A DNA stretch of 64,000 nt from Candidatus Saccharimonadales bacterium (GCA_041600715.1 JBFIJM010000001.1:192387-256386); one strand, 5' to 3'. Counted from the first letter of the stretch, positions 8,279-18,243 are shown. The notes: a model not told the origin generated them from the letters alone. A program made the numbers and translations.

Positions 8279-8573
8279 GAATGAAAAGTTATAAGCAAAT
8301 ACACTATAGATACGCACATTTCACAAGAGGTTGCAGGCACAGAAGTCAACGCAGTAATTTGGTCGCTTAGCGTTAGACCCAGCCAATAGCGAAACCGGGC
8401 AACAGAACGATTCTAATCGCCTAAACCCATGGAGTTTTAAGAGTGTGGAGGTGCTCATATAAAGATAACTCAGTGAAAGCAAGATTCGTTCTGGCCGTAT
8501 GTAACCAGAACGGAAGTGCTTAACAAAGCGTAAGTCTTAGAGACACTTACGCAGTAATTAGGAGGAGGGTTAT
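8279..8573 (+). promoter_or_regulatory. long structured 5' leader or candidate cis-regulatory RNA of unknown class
   Basis: About 290 nt without an ORF and visibly more GC-rich than its surroundings. Hairpins CGTTCTGG...CCAGAACG (8487-8512) and GCGTAAGT...ACTTACGC (8528-8552) precede the SD GGAGGAGGG (8561-8569) and the ATG at 8574. Confidence 0.3.
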
Positions 8574-8873
8574 ATGACAGATGCAGCAATGCGAAACATC
8601 ATCGCAGGTGAGTTTCGTGCACTACAACAACGTATGCTTCAACAGTCAGTAACTAAGGCAGATTTAATGAACATGACTGACAGAATACTAGCCGTAACTG
8701 CGACTAGACGAGATCAGGAGTCCATTAGAGCATTAATTGAGGATTTACGATCCGAGGTAAAGAGTCAGCAACAGATGATACGCCAACACTCAACACACAT
8801 AGAATCGCTTAACCAAAATACAAAAAACACCACGAACCAGCTTGGCTCGCTGTGGAGATTTGTCCAGCAGTAA
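8574..8873 (+). CDS. hypothetical coiled-coil protein (99 aa)
   Basis: Strong SD GGAGGAGGG. Heptad-like Q/E/R-rich sequence. A terminator follows. Confidence 0.55.
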   Translation: MTDAAMRNIIAGEFRALQQRMLQQSVTKADLMNMTDRILAVTATRRDQESIRALIEDLRSEVKSQQQMIRQHSTHIESLNQNTKNTTNQLGSLWRFVQQ

Positions 8874-8895
8874 CTGTACGAATGTATACCAAAAT

Positions 8896-8929
8896 AGAGG
8901 ATTTAAATATCAATTTAGATCCTCTTTTT
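8896..8929 (+). terminator. intrinsic terminator shared by convergent genes
   Basis: AGAGGAT (8896-8902) pairs with ATCCTCT (8919-8925), followed by TTTT. On the minus strand it sits just after the VanY-like stop codon and is followed by TATTTT. Confidence 0.55.
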
Positions 8930-9779
8930 ATTCAGTCAATGAATCTTTTCCTACCCAGACGTATTCCCAGCTTTCAGGCTCTGGGCCCTGCATGTCAGTA
9001 CCTTCAGGGTAGCTTGGTATCCATCCATGTGTTTTTGCGTTCTTATAATTATCTTGACTAAGCCATTCGAAACAATCTGTGAGTTCAAAAGCATTTGATA
9101 AATTGCCGTCACAGCTTATGTCGACTGTGTAGCCACTATGATGACGTGAATAGCTGGGTGGTGCTGTTATACTCATTAAGTCATTAAGTTGTTTGTCATA
9201 AGCTCCAGAAGCTATTCTCGATATCTGAATGCCCAGGGCATGTAATCTTCCCAAGAATATATCCCGTTGAGCATCTGCCGAACGATAGCCATCTGTTAGC
9301 GTAAGGTTTATGCCATCTTTGGAAGCAGAATCGACCATATCTCTCCAGCCTTCTGCTGATTTTTGTTGCAAGCGAAAGCTCTTATCTATATTTATGAATA
9401 CATTGCTAACAGGAGCGCTTCTAACTTTATAACCTCTTTCCTCTGCAATATCTCGAATTCTTTCATCTGCTTCTGTGTTTCCGGTTATTGGTTGGTTACT
9501 AGCTATAATCTTAGTGTTTGGCCATGCAAAATCATTGTAAAGATCACGAAATTCTTCTGCAGAGAACACTTTAAGGGTTCCTTTTTTTAATGGGGGTTCT
9601 GGAAGGTCCTGTTTTACTATTGTTATATCATTATTTTTGCTAGCATCGGGTTCGTTAGGTTTCGTAGTGAGATAAATACCAGCGCCACCAATTACAACTA
9701 TTACTATCAATATCCACCCGTAATTCTTTGGGTTCTTTTGTTTAACCTTAGGTGCTTGTTTATGGTTTATTACTCTCAT
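8928..9779 (-). CDS. D-alanyl-D-alanine carboxypeptidase, peptidase M15B (VanY-like), membrane anchored
   Basis: 283 aa with an N-terminal TM (GWILIVIVVIGGAGIYL). SRHHSGYTVDI matches the SxHxxGxAxD zinc motif. A C-terminal EPESWEYVWVG resembles the ExWHxxYVG motif. Confidence 0.7.
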   Translation of the reverse strand: MRVINHKQAPKVKQKNPKNYGWILIVIVVIGGAGIYLTTKPNEPDASKNNDITIVKQDLPEPPLKKGTLKVFSAEEFRDLYNDFAWPNTKIIASNQPITGNTEADERIRDIAEERGYKVRSAPVSNVFINIDKSFRLQQKSAEGWRDMVDSASKDGINLTLTDGYRSADAQRDIFLGRLHALGIQISRIASGAYDKQLNDLMSITAPPSYSRHHSGYTVDISCDGNLSNAFELTDCFEWLSQDNYKNAKTHGWIPSYPEGTDMQGPEPESWEYVWVGKDSLTE

Positions 9780-9888
9780 TCTTTAGAATTATTATAGATT
9801 AAATAATGAATCAAGACCACAAGATACCATTAGCAGTTTTGATCTGTTATACTTTTTGTAAAGATATACAAATTAACATAGGAACAAA

Positions 9889-10197
9889 ATGGAACCGTAT
9901 TATAATCAGCCACCTACTTCTTATCATCCCCACACTCTGATCACACCTCAACAAAAGACCTCGTCTTCCTATAATAAGCCTCCAGATCAGAATGCTATAC
10001 CTCTAGTTCTACCAAAAACCCTAGACGGTCCTAATATTTACCAAGAACATACAACTTCCGATCACCATCCGCTACTTGCGTCCATGCCAAAAGATTTAAC
10101 TAGTAATGATTCCACAAGTAGGAGGGCATTATATAGGTATTTTTTGGTCACCGGCCCTCCTCTGTTAATGCTTGCATATTTTTTATTTACTAAATAG
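9889..10197 (+). CDS. hypothetical proline-rich, C-terminally anchored protein (102 aa)
   Basis: Only ORF in this gap. Low-complexity P/S/T-rich with a C-terminal hydrophobic tail. Weak RBS. Confidence 0.3.
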   Translation: MEPYYNQPPTSYHPHTLITPQQKTSSSYNKPPDQNAIPLVLPKTLDGPNIYQEHTTSDHHPLLASMPKDLTSNDSTSRRALYRYFLVTGPPLLMLAYFLFTK

Positions 10198-10245
10198 TAC
10201 CTCCTAATAATATTAATAATCATAAGTCTGCTCGGCTACTATTGA

Positions 10246-10274
10246 TTGACATTTTATTACGGTTGTGCTACTAT
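10246..10274 (+). promoter_or_regulatory. sigma70-type promoter for the DEAD-box helicase gene
   Basis: TTGACA (10246-10251), 17-nt spacer, TACTAT (10269-10274). Implies a 5' UTR of about 100 nt. Confidence 0.4.
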
Positions 10275-10381
10275 AGATACGATAGAGTGTAATAAATGAA
10301 TCTGGAAGTTTAGAGAAAAGTATCTATGATTTCATTAATGACAATCTAGATAACAGTAACTAAATCGAAGGATTATTTTTT

Positions 10382-11620
10382 ATGGCACAGTATTCTACTG
10401 CACCTCGACGCGCATCACGTTCGCGCTCAAGTTTTAGCAACGTAAATAGCGGTGGTCGTTCACGATCGTTTGGTGGCGGTAATCGCTCCAGCGGTGGTAA
10501 CAGACGTCGCTCAAAGGCTTATATTCATCCATCTAGATTCGTGCAGGTTGCAAAACCAAGCGAAGTAGTGGCTTATGAGTCAACTAACCAATTCAGTGAT
10601 TTTGATATGCATGATCTTATTAAAGACAATGCTACTAAAAAAGGATTGATCACTCCTACGCCAATACAAGATCAATCGATTCCTCATGGATTGAATGGTT
10701 CTGATATTGTTGGGATAGCAAACACCGGCACAGGTAAAACTATCGCATTTGCAATGCCAGTACTACACAAGTTAATGTCAGATCCCGAGGCTTTCGCTTT
10801 GATCATGGCGCCTACCCGAGAGTTAGCCCAACAGATCGAAGATGAGTGTCGTGTTATCGGTAAAGGCAGTGGACTAAACGGAGCATTGCTAATTGGTGGA
10901 TCTCCTATGGGTGTTCAGCTTCGTGACTTACGAGCTAATCCACGTATTGTTATCGGTACACCAGGAAGAATAAAGGACCACATAGAACGAGGGACTTTAA
11001 CCATTTCTCAGTTTAATGTCATTGTTCTTGACGAAGTTGACCGCATGCTAGACATGGGCTTTATCGAGGATATGTGCGACATACTAGAAAAAGCTAGTCC
11101 AGTTCGTCAGTCATTCTTTTATTCTGCAACTATGGACAATAAAGTCGCAGATCTTATCAAGGCCTTTACTGCAGATGCTATTACGGTTTCAGTTAAGACT
11201 GGAGAAACAAGTGAAAATGTTCATCAGGATATAGTGCCTTATCAAACCTCAGGCCAGAAGATCCAGCAGCTACATGATTTACTTGATAGCGATGCAGTGG
11301 TAAAAGCTTTGGTATTTGACGAGACTCAACGTAGTGTTGAACGACTCAGTGATGAGTTGTTGTCTCGTGGGTTTAAGGCTGATGCTATACATGGCGGTAA
11401 AAGCCAGGGTCAGCGAACTCGAGCACTCGGTAAATTTAAGAAGAACCAGATTAATATATTAGTTGCGACAGACGTTGCAGCGAGAGGTATTGACGTATCA
11501 GACATTACTCATGTAATTAATTATTCTGAGCCACAAGCTTACGATGATTATGTGCATCGTATTGGACGAGCCGGACGTGCTGGTCGGGTTGGATACGCTT
11601 ACACTTTTGTGAAAGCATAG
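10382..11620 (+). CDS. DEAD-box ATP-dependent RNA helicase with N-terminal R/G/S-rich tail
   Basis: 412 aa. Q-motif region (TPTPIQ), AxTGTGKT, PTRELA, DEVD (DEAD variant), SAT and HRIGRAGRAG. The first ~45 residues are RSRS/GG-rich. Confidence 0.9.
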   Translation: MAQYSTAPRRASRSRSSFSNVNSGGRSRSFGGGNRSSGGNRRRSKAYIHPSRFVQVAKPSEVVAYESTNQFSDFDMHDLIKDNATKKGLITPTPIQDQSIPHGLNGSDIVGIANTGTGKTIAFAMPVLHKLMSDPEAFALIMAPTRELAQQIEDECRVIGKGSGLNGALLIGGSPMGVQLRDLRANPRIVIGTPGRIKDHIERGTLTISQFNVIVLDEVDRMLDMGFIEDMCDILEKASPVRQSFFYSATMDNKVADLIKAFTADAITVSVKTGETSENVHQDIVPYQTSGQKIQQLHDLLDSDAVVKALVFDETQRSVERLSDELLSRGFKADAIHGGKSQGQRTRALGKFKKNQINILVATDVAARGIDVSDITHVINYSEPQAYDDYVHRIGRAGRAGRVGYAYTFVKA

Positions 11621-11637
11621 TATTCTTAATCAAATAA

Positions 11638-12495
11638 CTAAGAAAATGTCGTCAGTGATTTGGCGACATTTTTAATTGTAACTTTATAACCTGGTTTTAG
11701 CTTGTAAACTTCACCATCCATTTGCACAGGGACAGAACTAAGCATAGTGAAAACAAGTTCTTTTTCGCAGGTAGCACTTACTTGTTTGAAATGTGCAGTA
11801 GCAAAGAAGTTGAGTAAATTAATCCGTGTTTTATGCTCGTGTAAAGTTAGCCCAAAACAACCGTCGTTTGGACTTATGTTATCGGCTACTGTTAGTGTTT
11901 TTGCCATCTCTGGGATATTGTTCGCCATAAGGCTGTCTACACGTATTTTCTTGTTCCCAATTTGGATCTTAAAAGACTTAAAGTTAAAAAAAGTCTTAAT
12001 TCCTGCCAGCTTCTCTGTAATTAAAGACTTAGCGCCTAGGTTGATAGCTTGGGCAACTTCGGCGCTTACACCGATTCCAATGTAGCTGTGAGCATATTTA
12101 TCTAGAACGATCGATCCCTTATGCTCCGCTGTTAGATGAATTAGATCAATTTTCTTAAATTGCCTTTTGTTTATGCTTTCAGCAACAGGTTGCTTGTATG
12201 CATTACGGTGATGGTCATTAGCATTTCCGCTTGGGATAGTCCCTGCAATTATCTTTTTATTCCCTGCTCTAATTATTCCGTTAATAACTTCGTGGTAACC
12301 GCCGTCCCCGCTTGACGCAACTATAATCATGGGCTTCTTCTGTTTTGCTAAATCGTAAGCGATTTCCTCGGCGTGCCCAGCGTTTTTGGTTGGCACCAAG
12401 ATAGTTTTATCTTGTTTAATTTCTTTCTGAAGTTTTACTGCATTCTTTTTACTGTCACCGGTGCTTTTGGGGTTGTATATAATTGTGACATTCAT
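11638..12495 (-). CDS. diacylglycerol/lipid kinase family protein (DAGK catalytic domain, YegS-like)
   Basis: 285 aa. ASSGDGGYHEVINGI corresponds to the GGDGT..EV.NG motif of the DAGK_cat domain. Confidence 0.7.
   Translation of the reverse strand: MNVTIIYNPKSTGDSKKNAVKLQKEIKQDKTILVPTKNAGHAEEIAYDLAKQKKPMIIVASSGDGGYHEVINGIIRAGNKKIIAGTIPSGNANDHHRNAYKQPVAESINKRQFKKIDLIHLTAEHKGSIVLDKYAHSYIGIGVSAEVAQAINLGAKSLITEKLAGIKTFFNFKSFKIQIGNKKIRVDSLMANNIPEMAKTLTVADNISPNDGCFGLTLHEHKTRINLLNFFATAHFKQVSATCEKELVFTMLSSVPVQMDGEVYKLKPGYKVTIKNVAKSLTTFS
11643..11673 (+). terminator. terminator-like hairpin after the helicase gene
   Basis: AAAATGTCG (11643-11651) pairs with CGACATTTT (11664-11672), then T. It overlaps the 3' end of the convergent lipid kinase gene. 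Confidence 0.4.
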
Positions 12496-12514
12496 AACAG
12501 ACTATTTCATAGCT

Positions 12515-13225
12515 TTAAACTACGTCTACACCTAGCAAAGTTCCTATTGCATAAGTAATGCTCATTGCCACCATGCCCCCGATAACTACACGGACTGTTG
12601 CTCTGCGTGCGCTAGCGCTCCCGAGACGGGCGCTTATGTATCCAGTGAGAACAAGTGCTATGATCACAGCAATGTAGGTGGCTGGCACTCTGTAATCTAT
12701 CGTTGGGAGCATTATAGCTGTTAGTGGGATACTGGCACCAAATGTGAAGGAGACAGCCGATGCAGTCGCCGCGTGAACAGGGTTTGTCAGCTCATCCTCT
12801 TTCATCCCAAGCTCTGCCTCGAGGTGAGCCCTAATTGGATCGTGTTGTGTAAGTTCATGCGCAACACTTTTAGCTGTTTCTTTGCTCAAACCCTTTTCTT
12901 CATAAATATGAGCTAATTCTTCTAACTCTCTTTCTGGGTGGTGCTCGAGTTCGTAAATTTCTTTGTCGATAAGTGCTTTCTCTGCGTCCTTTTGGCTACT
13001 CACAGAGACGTATTCACCCGCAGCCATGGAAAGAGCTCCCGCAACAAGTCCAGCTAATCCGGCAGTAAAAATGGTGGCTTGATTTGTAGTCGCTCCTGCT
13101 ACGCCTACCACCAAACCAGCAACTGACACAATTCCGTCGTTAGCTCCAAGTACTCCTGCCCTAATCCAGTTAAGTCGAGAATTAACTTGGCGGGTATCAT
13201 GCTGTATGTGTTGTTCGTTTTTCAC
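12515..13225 (-). CDS. VIT1/CCC1-family iron/manganese transporter
   Basis: 236 aa. GANDGIVSVAGLVVG motif, a central acidic helical region, and C-terminal TM segments typical of the VIT family. Confidence 0.75.
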   Translation of the reverse strand: MKNEQHIQHDTRQVNSRLNWIRAGVLGANDGIVSVAGLVVGVAGATTNQATIFTAGLAGLVAGALSMAAGEYVSVSSQKDAEKALIDKEIYELEHHPERELEELAHIYEEKGLSKETAKSVAHELTQHDPIRAHLEAELGMKEDELTNPVHAATASAVSFTFGASIPLTAIMLPTIDYRVPATYIAVIIALVLTGYISARLGSASARRATVRVVIGGMVAMSITYAIGTLLGVDVV

Positions 13226-13281
13226 CGACCTATCTTAACAGAAATACCTCTAATATGTAATGATTATTTTGCTCAACCTTA

Positions 13282-13821
13282 CTACTGTCCCGTTGGTGTG
13301 GCTTGTTCCTCGGGTTTAGTTGGCTGATCTTGTGGTGGTGGAGTTTCATCCTCGGGTCGTTCTGGTTTTTCAACAACCGGCTTATCTTCTTTTTCTTCAA
13401 CTGGTTTAGGTTTGTCGACTTTTTCGGGTTCCTTCTTTTCAGGGTTTGCGTCTTCTTGCTTTTTATCCTGTTTTTGAACAGGCCCAGGTGGGACAATTTC
13501 CTTATATTCGAGTAATTTCCAGGTACGATCAAAGAACAGGTATTTTCCATCGTATCCACTCGATACGTCATCTCTGTCTGCCAATAGTCTTATGACCTCA
13601 GCATTATTCAGAGTCGTTTTTTGAGCTTTCGTGACTGCGTAGCCCTGATATTCCATCTGAGCGTACATCAGAACAGATAAAGGCACGTCGATTCCATTTA
13701 TTGGAACGCTAGGCACATCCTGCTTATACTCAGATGTAGTTGGTTGCGTTGTTTGTGCTGATACTATGCTTCCCCATGCTAAAATTGCAATACTTATACC
13801 AAAACTGACAAGTAATTTCAT
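13282..13821 (-). CDS. secreted hypothetical protein with P/E/K-rich C-terminal tail
   Basis: Start moved to the Met of MKLLVSFGISIAILAWGSIVSAQ (signal-peptide-like) because GGAGG lies 7 nt upstream. The longer track start at 13890 has no RBS. Confidence 0.55.
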   Translation of the reverse strand: MKLLVSFGISIAILAWGSIVSAQTTQPTTSEYKQDVPSVPINGIDVPLSVLMYAQMEYQGYAVTKAQKTTLNNAEVIRLLADRDDVSSGYDGKYLFFDRTWKLLEYKEIVPPGPVQKQDKKQEDANPEKKEPEKVDKPKPVEEKEDKPVVEKPERPEDETPPPQDQPTKPEEQATPTGQ

Positions 13822-14127
13822 AAAAGTTCCTCCGTGTAACACAACAACTGTAACAAGCAGTACCTCGGAGGCATATGAAATATTTAACAAGGTAAAATCT
13901 ACACGATTTGAAGTGGCCTTTCAGGATGTGCCACTACAAGTTATTAACAGGCTAAGAATTATATGAACCCCCTTCCATATAACAGAAATTTATGTTTTGC
14001 ACTACATGGTTGAGGATTATAATCTAGGTTTTTTGGATAGCTTTGGTTTAAGGGGTTTCTTTAGAGATGTAGTTACTTTCCAGCTGTGAGTCCAGCTCAA
14101 ATCGACATCAGCAAAAATTTCACTTTT

Positions 14128-14517
14128 CTACGATCGACCGTCTGCATCTGTGTAATTGACTGTGAGTGAAACATGATTTTCACCATTCTGCGGAAGTTGC
14201 ACCTGATACCAGTGTGCTTCAGCTTGCGAATAAGTTGACAGTAAAATATGACCGTTGAGCTTATAAAGCTTTCCATTGAAACGATATGAATCAATTTAAA
14301 TAATTCGTGTACCAACATTCTGGATGCGTATATAAGAAGCGTAGGTTTTGGAGCCATTCTCATTTTCATACATTTCAACCCAAAGTGAACCGTGGATCTC
14401 TACAACGTCTTGAATTTGCTTCAACTTGTCATTTATTTTCCACGCAAAAAAACCAATAATCAAGGTGATTATTGGTGTCGTGATAGTTGCAATATTATTC
14501 CAAAATTCCGAACTCAA
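14128..14517 (-). pseudogene. membrane-anchored hypothetical gene interrupted by one in-frame TAA (14296-14298)
   Basis: AAGGAG (14524-14529) sits 6 nt before a TTG start at 14517. The reading frame continues sensibly through the TAA (...IRIQNVGTRII-stop-IDSYRFNGKLYKLNGH...TDADGRS-stop at 14128). Confidence 0.4.
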
Positions 14518-14540
14518 ATGAGTCTCCTTTAGTACTATCC

Positions 14541-14615
14541 TGGCTGGGATGGAGGGATTCGAACCCCCGAATGCCTGGACCAAAACCAGGTGCCTTACCA
14601 CTTGGCCACATCCCA
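14541..14615 (-). tRNA. tRNA-Gln (anticodon UUG), CCA encoded
   Basis: Manual cloverleaf: acceptor TGGGATG/CATCCCA, anticodon arm CCTGG-TTTTGGT-CCAGG, T arm GGGGG-TTCGAAT-CCCTC, 3' GCCA. Close to my recollection of E. coli tRNA-Gln. Confidence 0.9.
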
Positions 14616-14762
14616 TTAAATGTTATTTGCCAATAGATCACTGCTAAATGATGTAAAATAACAGATTGCATTGTAGCAATTTATTACAAGAAATAGAAGT
14701 AGTACAGTGCTAATTAATAAGTGTTACCTCATGAGTGCTTATGTTATGATTTAACTATTACC

Positions 14763-15683
14763 ATGAGCATAAAAACCAAGACTATAATTATTGGCTTGCT
14801 ATTTTTAGGAGTGATGGTGTCGGCAGTGCTGTTCTTTCAGGGCAGTAATATTGCTGTACTTAATCCAAAAGGCACTATTGCGTCACAGCAAAGAGATCTA
14901 ATATGGATTGCGACTGGGCTTATGCTGATCGTCGTATTGCCTGTTTTTGCTCTAACCGGTTACATCTCTTGGAAATACAGATCAAGTAACAAAAAAGCGT
15001 TATATATGCCAGAGTGGGATGGTAGTCGGGCTCTAGAGCTAACATGGTGGGGGTTTCCACTGTTAATCATCGTCATATTGTCGGGGATTATATGGAGAAG
15101 CTCACATGATCTTGACCCGTTCAAGCCAATATCTTCTAATCAACAACCTTTAACTATCCAAGTTGTTGCTATGCAGTGGAAATGGTTATTTATTTATCCA
15201 GATCACAATATAGCCACGGTAAATTTCATCCAGATTCCAGAGGATACACCAGTTAAATTTGAGATAACGTCTGATGCGCCAATGAATTCGTTTTGGATTC
15301 CCCAATTAGGTGGGCAAGTATATGCAATGTCTGGCATGGAGACAAATCTCAACCTTATTGCTAATGAGCCCGGAGAATACGACGGTGTCTCGGCCAATAT
15401 TAGTGGAGAAGGTTTTGCTAATATGCGATTTAAGACAAAAGTTAGTTCGCACGACGACTATTTACAGTGGCTATCTTATGTTAAGCAGTCATCAGATGCC
15501 CTGGACTTTGAATTATACAAATCTCTTGCCGAGCCAAGCGTTCAGGGTGCACCTCTTCTATACAGCTCAGTGGAGCCATTATTATTTAAAGCAGTGCTAG
15601 AAAAGTTTATGCACCCAACCGCAGACTTACGTCAGAATTCAGGTTTGCCAATATTTGAAGAACATAACGAAGGGAGCCACTAA
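14763..15683 (+). CDS. cyoA: cytochrome o (bo3) ubiquinol oxidase subunit II
   Basis: Start placed at MSIKTKT (N-terminal TM). [51 protein letters not shown] closely parallels my recollection of E. coli CyoA. No CuA Cys/His ligands, so a quinol-oxidase type. Confidence 0.9.
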   Translation: MSIKTKTIIIGLLFLGVMVSAVLFFQGSNIAVLNPKGTIASQQRDLIWIATGLMLIVVLPVFALTGYISWKYRSSNKKALYMPEWDGSRALELTWWGFPLLIIVILSGIIWRSSHDLDPFKPISSNQQPLTIQVVAMQWKWLFIYPDHNIATVNFIQIPEDTPVKFEITSDAPMNSFWIPQLGGQVYAMSGMETNLNLIANEPGEYDGVSANISGEGFANMRFKTKVSSHDDYLQWLSYVKQSSDALDFELYKSLAEPSVQGAPLLYSSVEPLLFKAVLEKFMHPTADLRQNSGLPIFEEHNEGSH

Positions 15684-15684
15684 C

Positions 15685-17646
15685 ATGTGGGGTCGACTAA
15701 ACCTGGACGCATTACCCTCTGATCCGATCACTATAGGAGGAGCGTTGGGTGCGCCGATGACTGCACTCGCAGTTATTTTAGCTCTTACCTACTTTAAGAA
15801 ATGGAAATGGCTTTATAAAAACTGGTTGACAACTCTTGACCCTAAGAGGATTGGTGTCATGTATCTTATCGTAGCAGTGCTTATGTTATTTAAGGCAGGT
15901 GTAGAAGCGATGCTTATGCGACTACAGCAAGCTGTGGCCTCTGGAAATAACGGTTTTATTGACGCTGAGCATTATCAGCAAATGTTCTCGGCACATGGAA
16001 CGATAATGATATTTTTTGTCGCAATGGGACTTATGTTCGGACTAATAAACTTGATTATGCCATTGCAGATTGGCGCCAGAGATGTCGCCTTCCCCTTCCT
16101 AAACTCAGTAAGTTTCTGGTTGTTCGTTGCAGGTATGCTTTTGATAAATATATCACTAGCTGTGGGGGAATTTTCTGCTGCAGGCTGGCTGGCTTATCCT
16201 CCATTATCAGGGCTAGAATACAGTCCTGGTGTGGGAGTAGATTATTGGATATGGAGCCTTCAGATTGCAGGAATCGGTAGTCTATTATCTGGAGTTAACT
16301 TTCTAGTAACCATACTAAAGATGCGTGCACCAGGCATGACACTTATGAAAATGCCGGTATTTGTGTGGAGTGTCTTGTGTGCAATGGTACTAGTAATTTT
16401 TGCCTTCCCAATACTAACAGGCACGCTTGCAATGCTTTCTCTAGATAGACTTATGGGGATGCATTTCTTTACTGCTGATGGCGGTGGTAATGCCATGATG
16501 TACATAAATCTCATTTGGGCATGGGGACACCCAGAAGTTTATATACTTATATTGCCAGCATTTGGCGTATTTTCAGAAGTAGTAGCCACTTTTGCTAAGA
16601 AGAGACTGTTTGGCTATACATCAATGGTTGTTGCGTTAGGAGCGATTACATTCTTGTCGTTTGTTGTTTGGCTTCACCACTTCTTTACGATGGGAGCAGG
16701 AGCAAATGTTAACGCATTTTTTGGCATAATGACAGCAGTTATTGCTGTGCCAACAGGTGTAAAAATATTTAACTGGTTATTTACTATGTACCGCGGTCGA
16801 ATTGACTTTAAATCGCCAATGCTATGGTTTCTTGGTTTTGTTCTTACCTTCACAATTGGCGGAATGACAGGCGTACTAATGTCGGTACCAGCTATAGACT
16901 TCCAGACGCATAATAGCCTATTCCTTGTTGCTCATTTCCATAACGTGATTATAGGTGGAGTATTGTTCGGTTACTTCTCGGCCATTGTTTACTGGTTCCC
17001 GAAGATATTTGGATTTAGACTCAATGAAGCTCTTGGGAAGGTCGCATTCACTAATTGGATAGTGGGCTTCCTGCTAGCGTTTATGCCACTATATGCGCTG
17101 GGACTTATGGGAGCTACCCGAAGAATAAATACATATGACGCTTCGATGGGTTGGCAATGGTTATTTATAATCTCTGCTATTGGAGTATTATTCATCGGCA
17201 TGGGAGCCCTGACTCAAGTTGCTCAGATTGGCTACAGCTTCTTAAAACGAAAAGAGTACAAAGATCTAACCGGAGACCCGTGGGATGGTAGAACACTTGA
17301 ATGGTCGACGCCGTCTCCTGTGCCGGTTTATAATTTTGCTGTCACCCCAATGGTAGATTCACGTGACGCGTGGTGGGCAGAAAAACTTAGGGCTAAAAGA
17401 TCAGAACAGATATACGAAGATATCTACTTGCCTAAAAACAGTCCTGCGGGTCTGGTTATTGCTAGCTTTAGTTTCTTAATGGGTTTTGGGCTTATCTGGC
17501 ACATGTGGTGGTTAGTAGTTCTCGGAGGGTTAGGCGCAATCGTTACTTTGATAATACGTACTTCAAATGATGATAGCGAATATGTGATCCCGGCAAAACA
17601 GGTAAAACTTATGGACTCAAAATACAGAACACAGGCAGGACTATGA
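15685..17646 (+). CDS. cyoB: cytochrome o ubiquinol oxidase subunit I (heme-copper oxidase)
   Basis: Start at [10 protein letters not shown], right after the cyoA stop, with GAAGGGAG upstream. Long runs match CyoB ([83 protein letters not shown]). Confidence 0.95.
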   Translation: MWGRLNLDALPSDPITIGGALGAPMTALAVILALTYFKKWKWLYKNWLTTLDPKRIGVMYLIVAVLMLFKAGVEAMLMRLQQAVASGNNGFIDAEHYQQMFSAHGTIMIFFVAMGLMFGLINLIMPLQIGARDVAFPFLNSVSFWLFVAGMLLINISLAVGEFSAAGWLAYPPLSGLEYSPGVGVDYWIWSLQIAGIGSLLSGVNFLVTILKMRAPGMTLMKMPVFVWSVLCAMVLVIFAFPILTGTLAMLSLDRLMGMHFFTADGGGNAMMYINLIWAWGHPEVYILILPAFGVFSEVVATFAKKRLFGYTSMVVALGAITFLSFVVWLHHFFTMGAGANVNAFFGIMTAVIAVPTGVKIFNWLFTMYRGRIDFKSPMLWFLGFVLTFTIGGMTGVLMSVPAIDFQTHNSLFLVAHFHNVIIGGVLFGYFSAIVYWFPKIFGFRLNEALGKVAFTNWIVGFLLAFMPLYALGLMGATRRINTYDASMGWQWLFIISAIGVLFIGMGALTQVAQIGYSFLKRKEYKDLTGDPWDGRTLEWSTPSPVPVYNFAVTPMVDSRDAWWAEKLRAKRSEQIYEDIYLPKNSPAGLVIASFSFLMGFGLIWHMWWLVVLGGLGAIVTLIIRTSNDDSEYVIPAKQVKLMDSKYRTQAGL

Positions 17647-18242
17647 ATAACGAGTTAACAACCATTAAGCACGTTTCAGATCACGACAATATCTCTAAAA
17701 CGACCTTTGGCTTCTGGGTATACTTGATGACAGACTGTGTATTGTTCGCTAGTCTCTTTGCTACCTATGCTGTCTTAAAAAACAATACTTTTGGTGGGCC
17801 ATCAGCATCGCAGTTATTCGAACTAGATTTCGTATTATTAGAAACTGTTCTACTGCTTACTAGTAGCTTTGCGTGTGGCTTAGCGATGTTGTCCGTTTGG
17901 AAACGCAATTCAAGCGCAGTGCTTAATTGGATGGCTGTAACTATACTCCTCGGCCTCGGCTTCCTTTCTATGGAATTGTATGAGTTTACACATCTTGTTA
18001 ATGAGGGTTATAGCTGGGAACGAAGCGGTTTCTTGTCTGCATACTTTACTTTAGTGGGTACACATGGACTACATATAACTGTTGGACTGATTTGGTCAGT
18101 TGTCCTTATTGGTCAAATAATGAAAAGAGGTCTGACATCAGGAGTTGTTAGAAGGCTGACACTTTTTAGTCTCTTCTGGCATTTCTTGGATATTATATGG
18201 ATATTTATTTTCACATTCGTTTATTTACTGGGAGGAGCGTAA
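17643..18242 (+). CDS. cyoC: cytochrome o ubiquinol oxidase subunit III
   Basis: 199 aa with 5 TM segments. [15 protein letters not shown] and [14 protein letters not shown] are conserved subunit III motifs. 4-nt overlap with cyoB. Confidence 0.9.
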   Translation: MNNELTTIKHVSDHDNISKTTFGFWVYLMTDCVLFASLFATYAVLKNNTFGGPSASQLFELDFVLLETVLLLTSSFACGLAMLSVWKRNSSAVLNWMAVTILLGLGFLSMELYEFTHLVNEGYSWERSGFLSAYFTLVGTHGLHITVGLIWSVVLIGQIMKRGLTSGVVRRLTLFSLFWHFLDIIWIFIFTFVYLLGGA

Positions 18243-18243
18243 C

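Noticed and set aside
8279-8573. Assignment of the long leader to RNase P RNA or a known riboswitch class
   Set aside because: GAAACCGGGCAACAGAAC superficially recalls the RNase P CR-I/CR-V strings, but the two motifs are adjacent here and the region is too short. No core motif of the common riboswitch classes was found by eye.
13230-13571. 113-aa K-rich ORF overlapping the secreted-protein gene on the same strand
   Set aside because: It is an alternative frame of the repetitive P/E/K-coding tail. The other frame is continuous with a signal peptide and an RBS.
14097-14378. 93-aa minus-strand ORF (MKCMKMRMAPK...)
   Set aside because: It is out of frame with the much more protein-like reading that continues through the TAA at 14296, and its composition looks like a shadow frame.
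14296-14616. 106-aa track ORF running across tRNA-Gln
   Set aside because: Its N-terminal third is the reverse complement of the tRNA-Gln gene (14541-14615). The real coding part starts at the TTG at 14517, behind AAGGAG.
14665-14680. Palindrome ATTGC-N6-GCAAT upstream of cyoA as an oxygen-responsive operator
   Set aside because: It is a single occurrence with short AT-rich arms that does not match FNR (TTGAT-N4-ATCAA) or the TGTGA family. Support is insufficient.
14721-15684. Track start codons for cyoA (GTG 14721) and cyoB (15655, inside cyoA)
   Set aside because: The extended N-termini ([24 protein letters not shown]) precede the natural TM or conserved N-termini. The ATG at 14763 and the ATG at 15685 (just after the cyoA stop, with GAAGGGAG upstream) fit homologues better.
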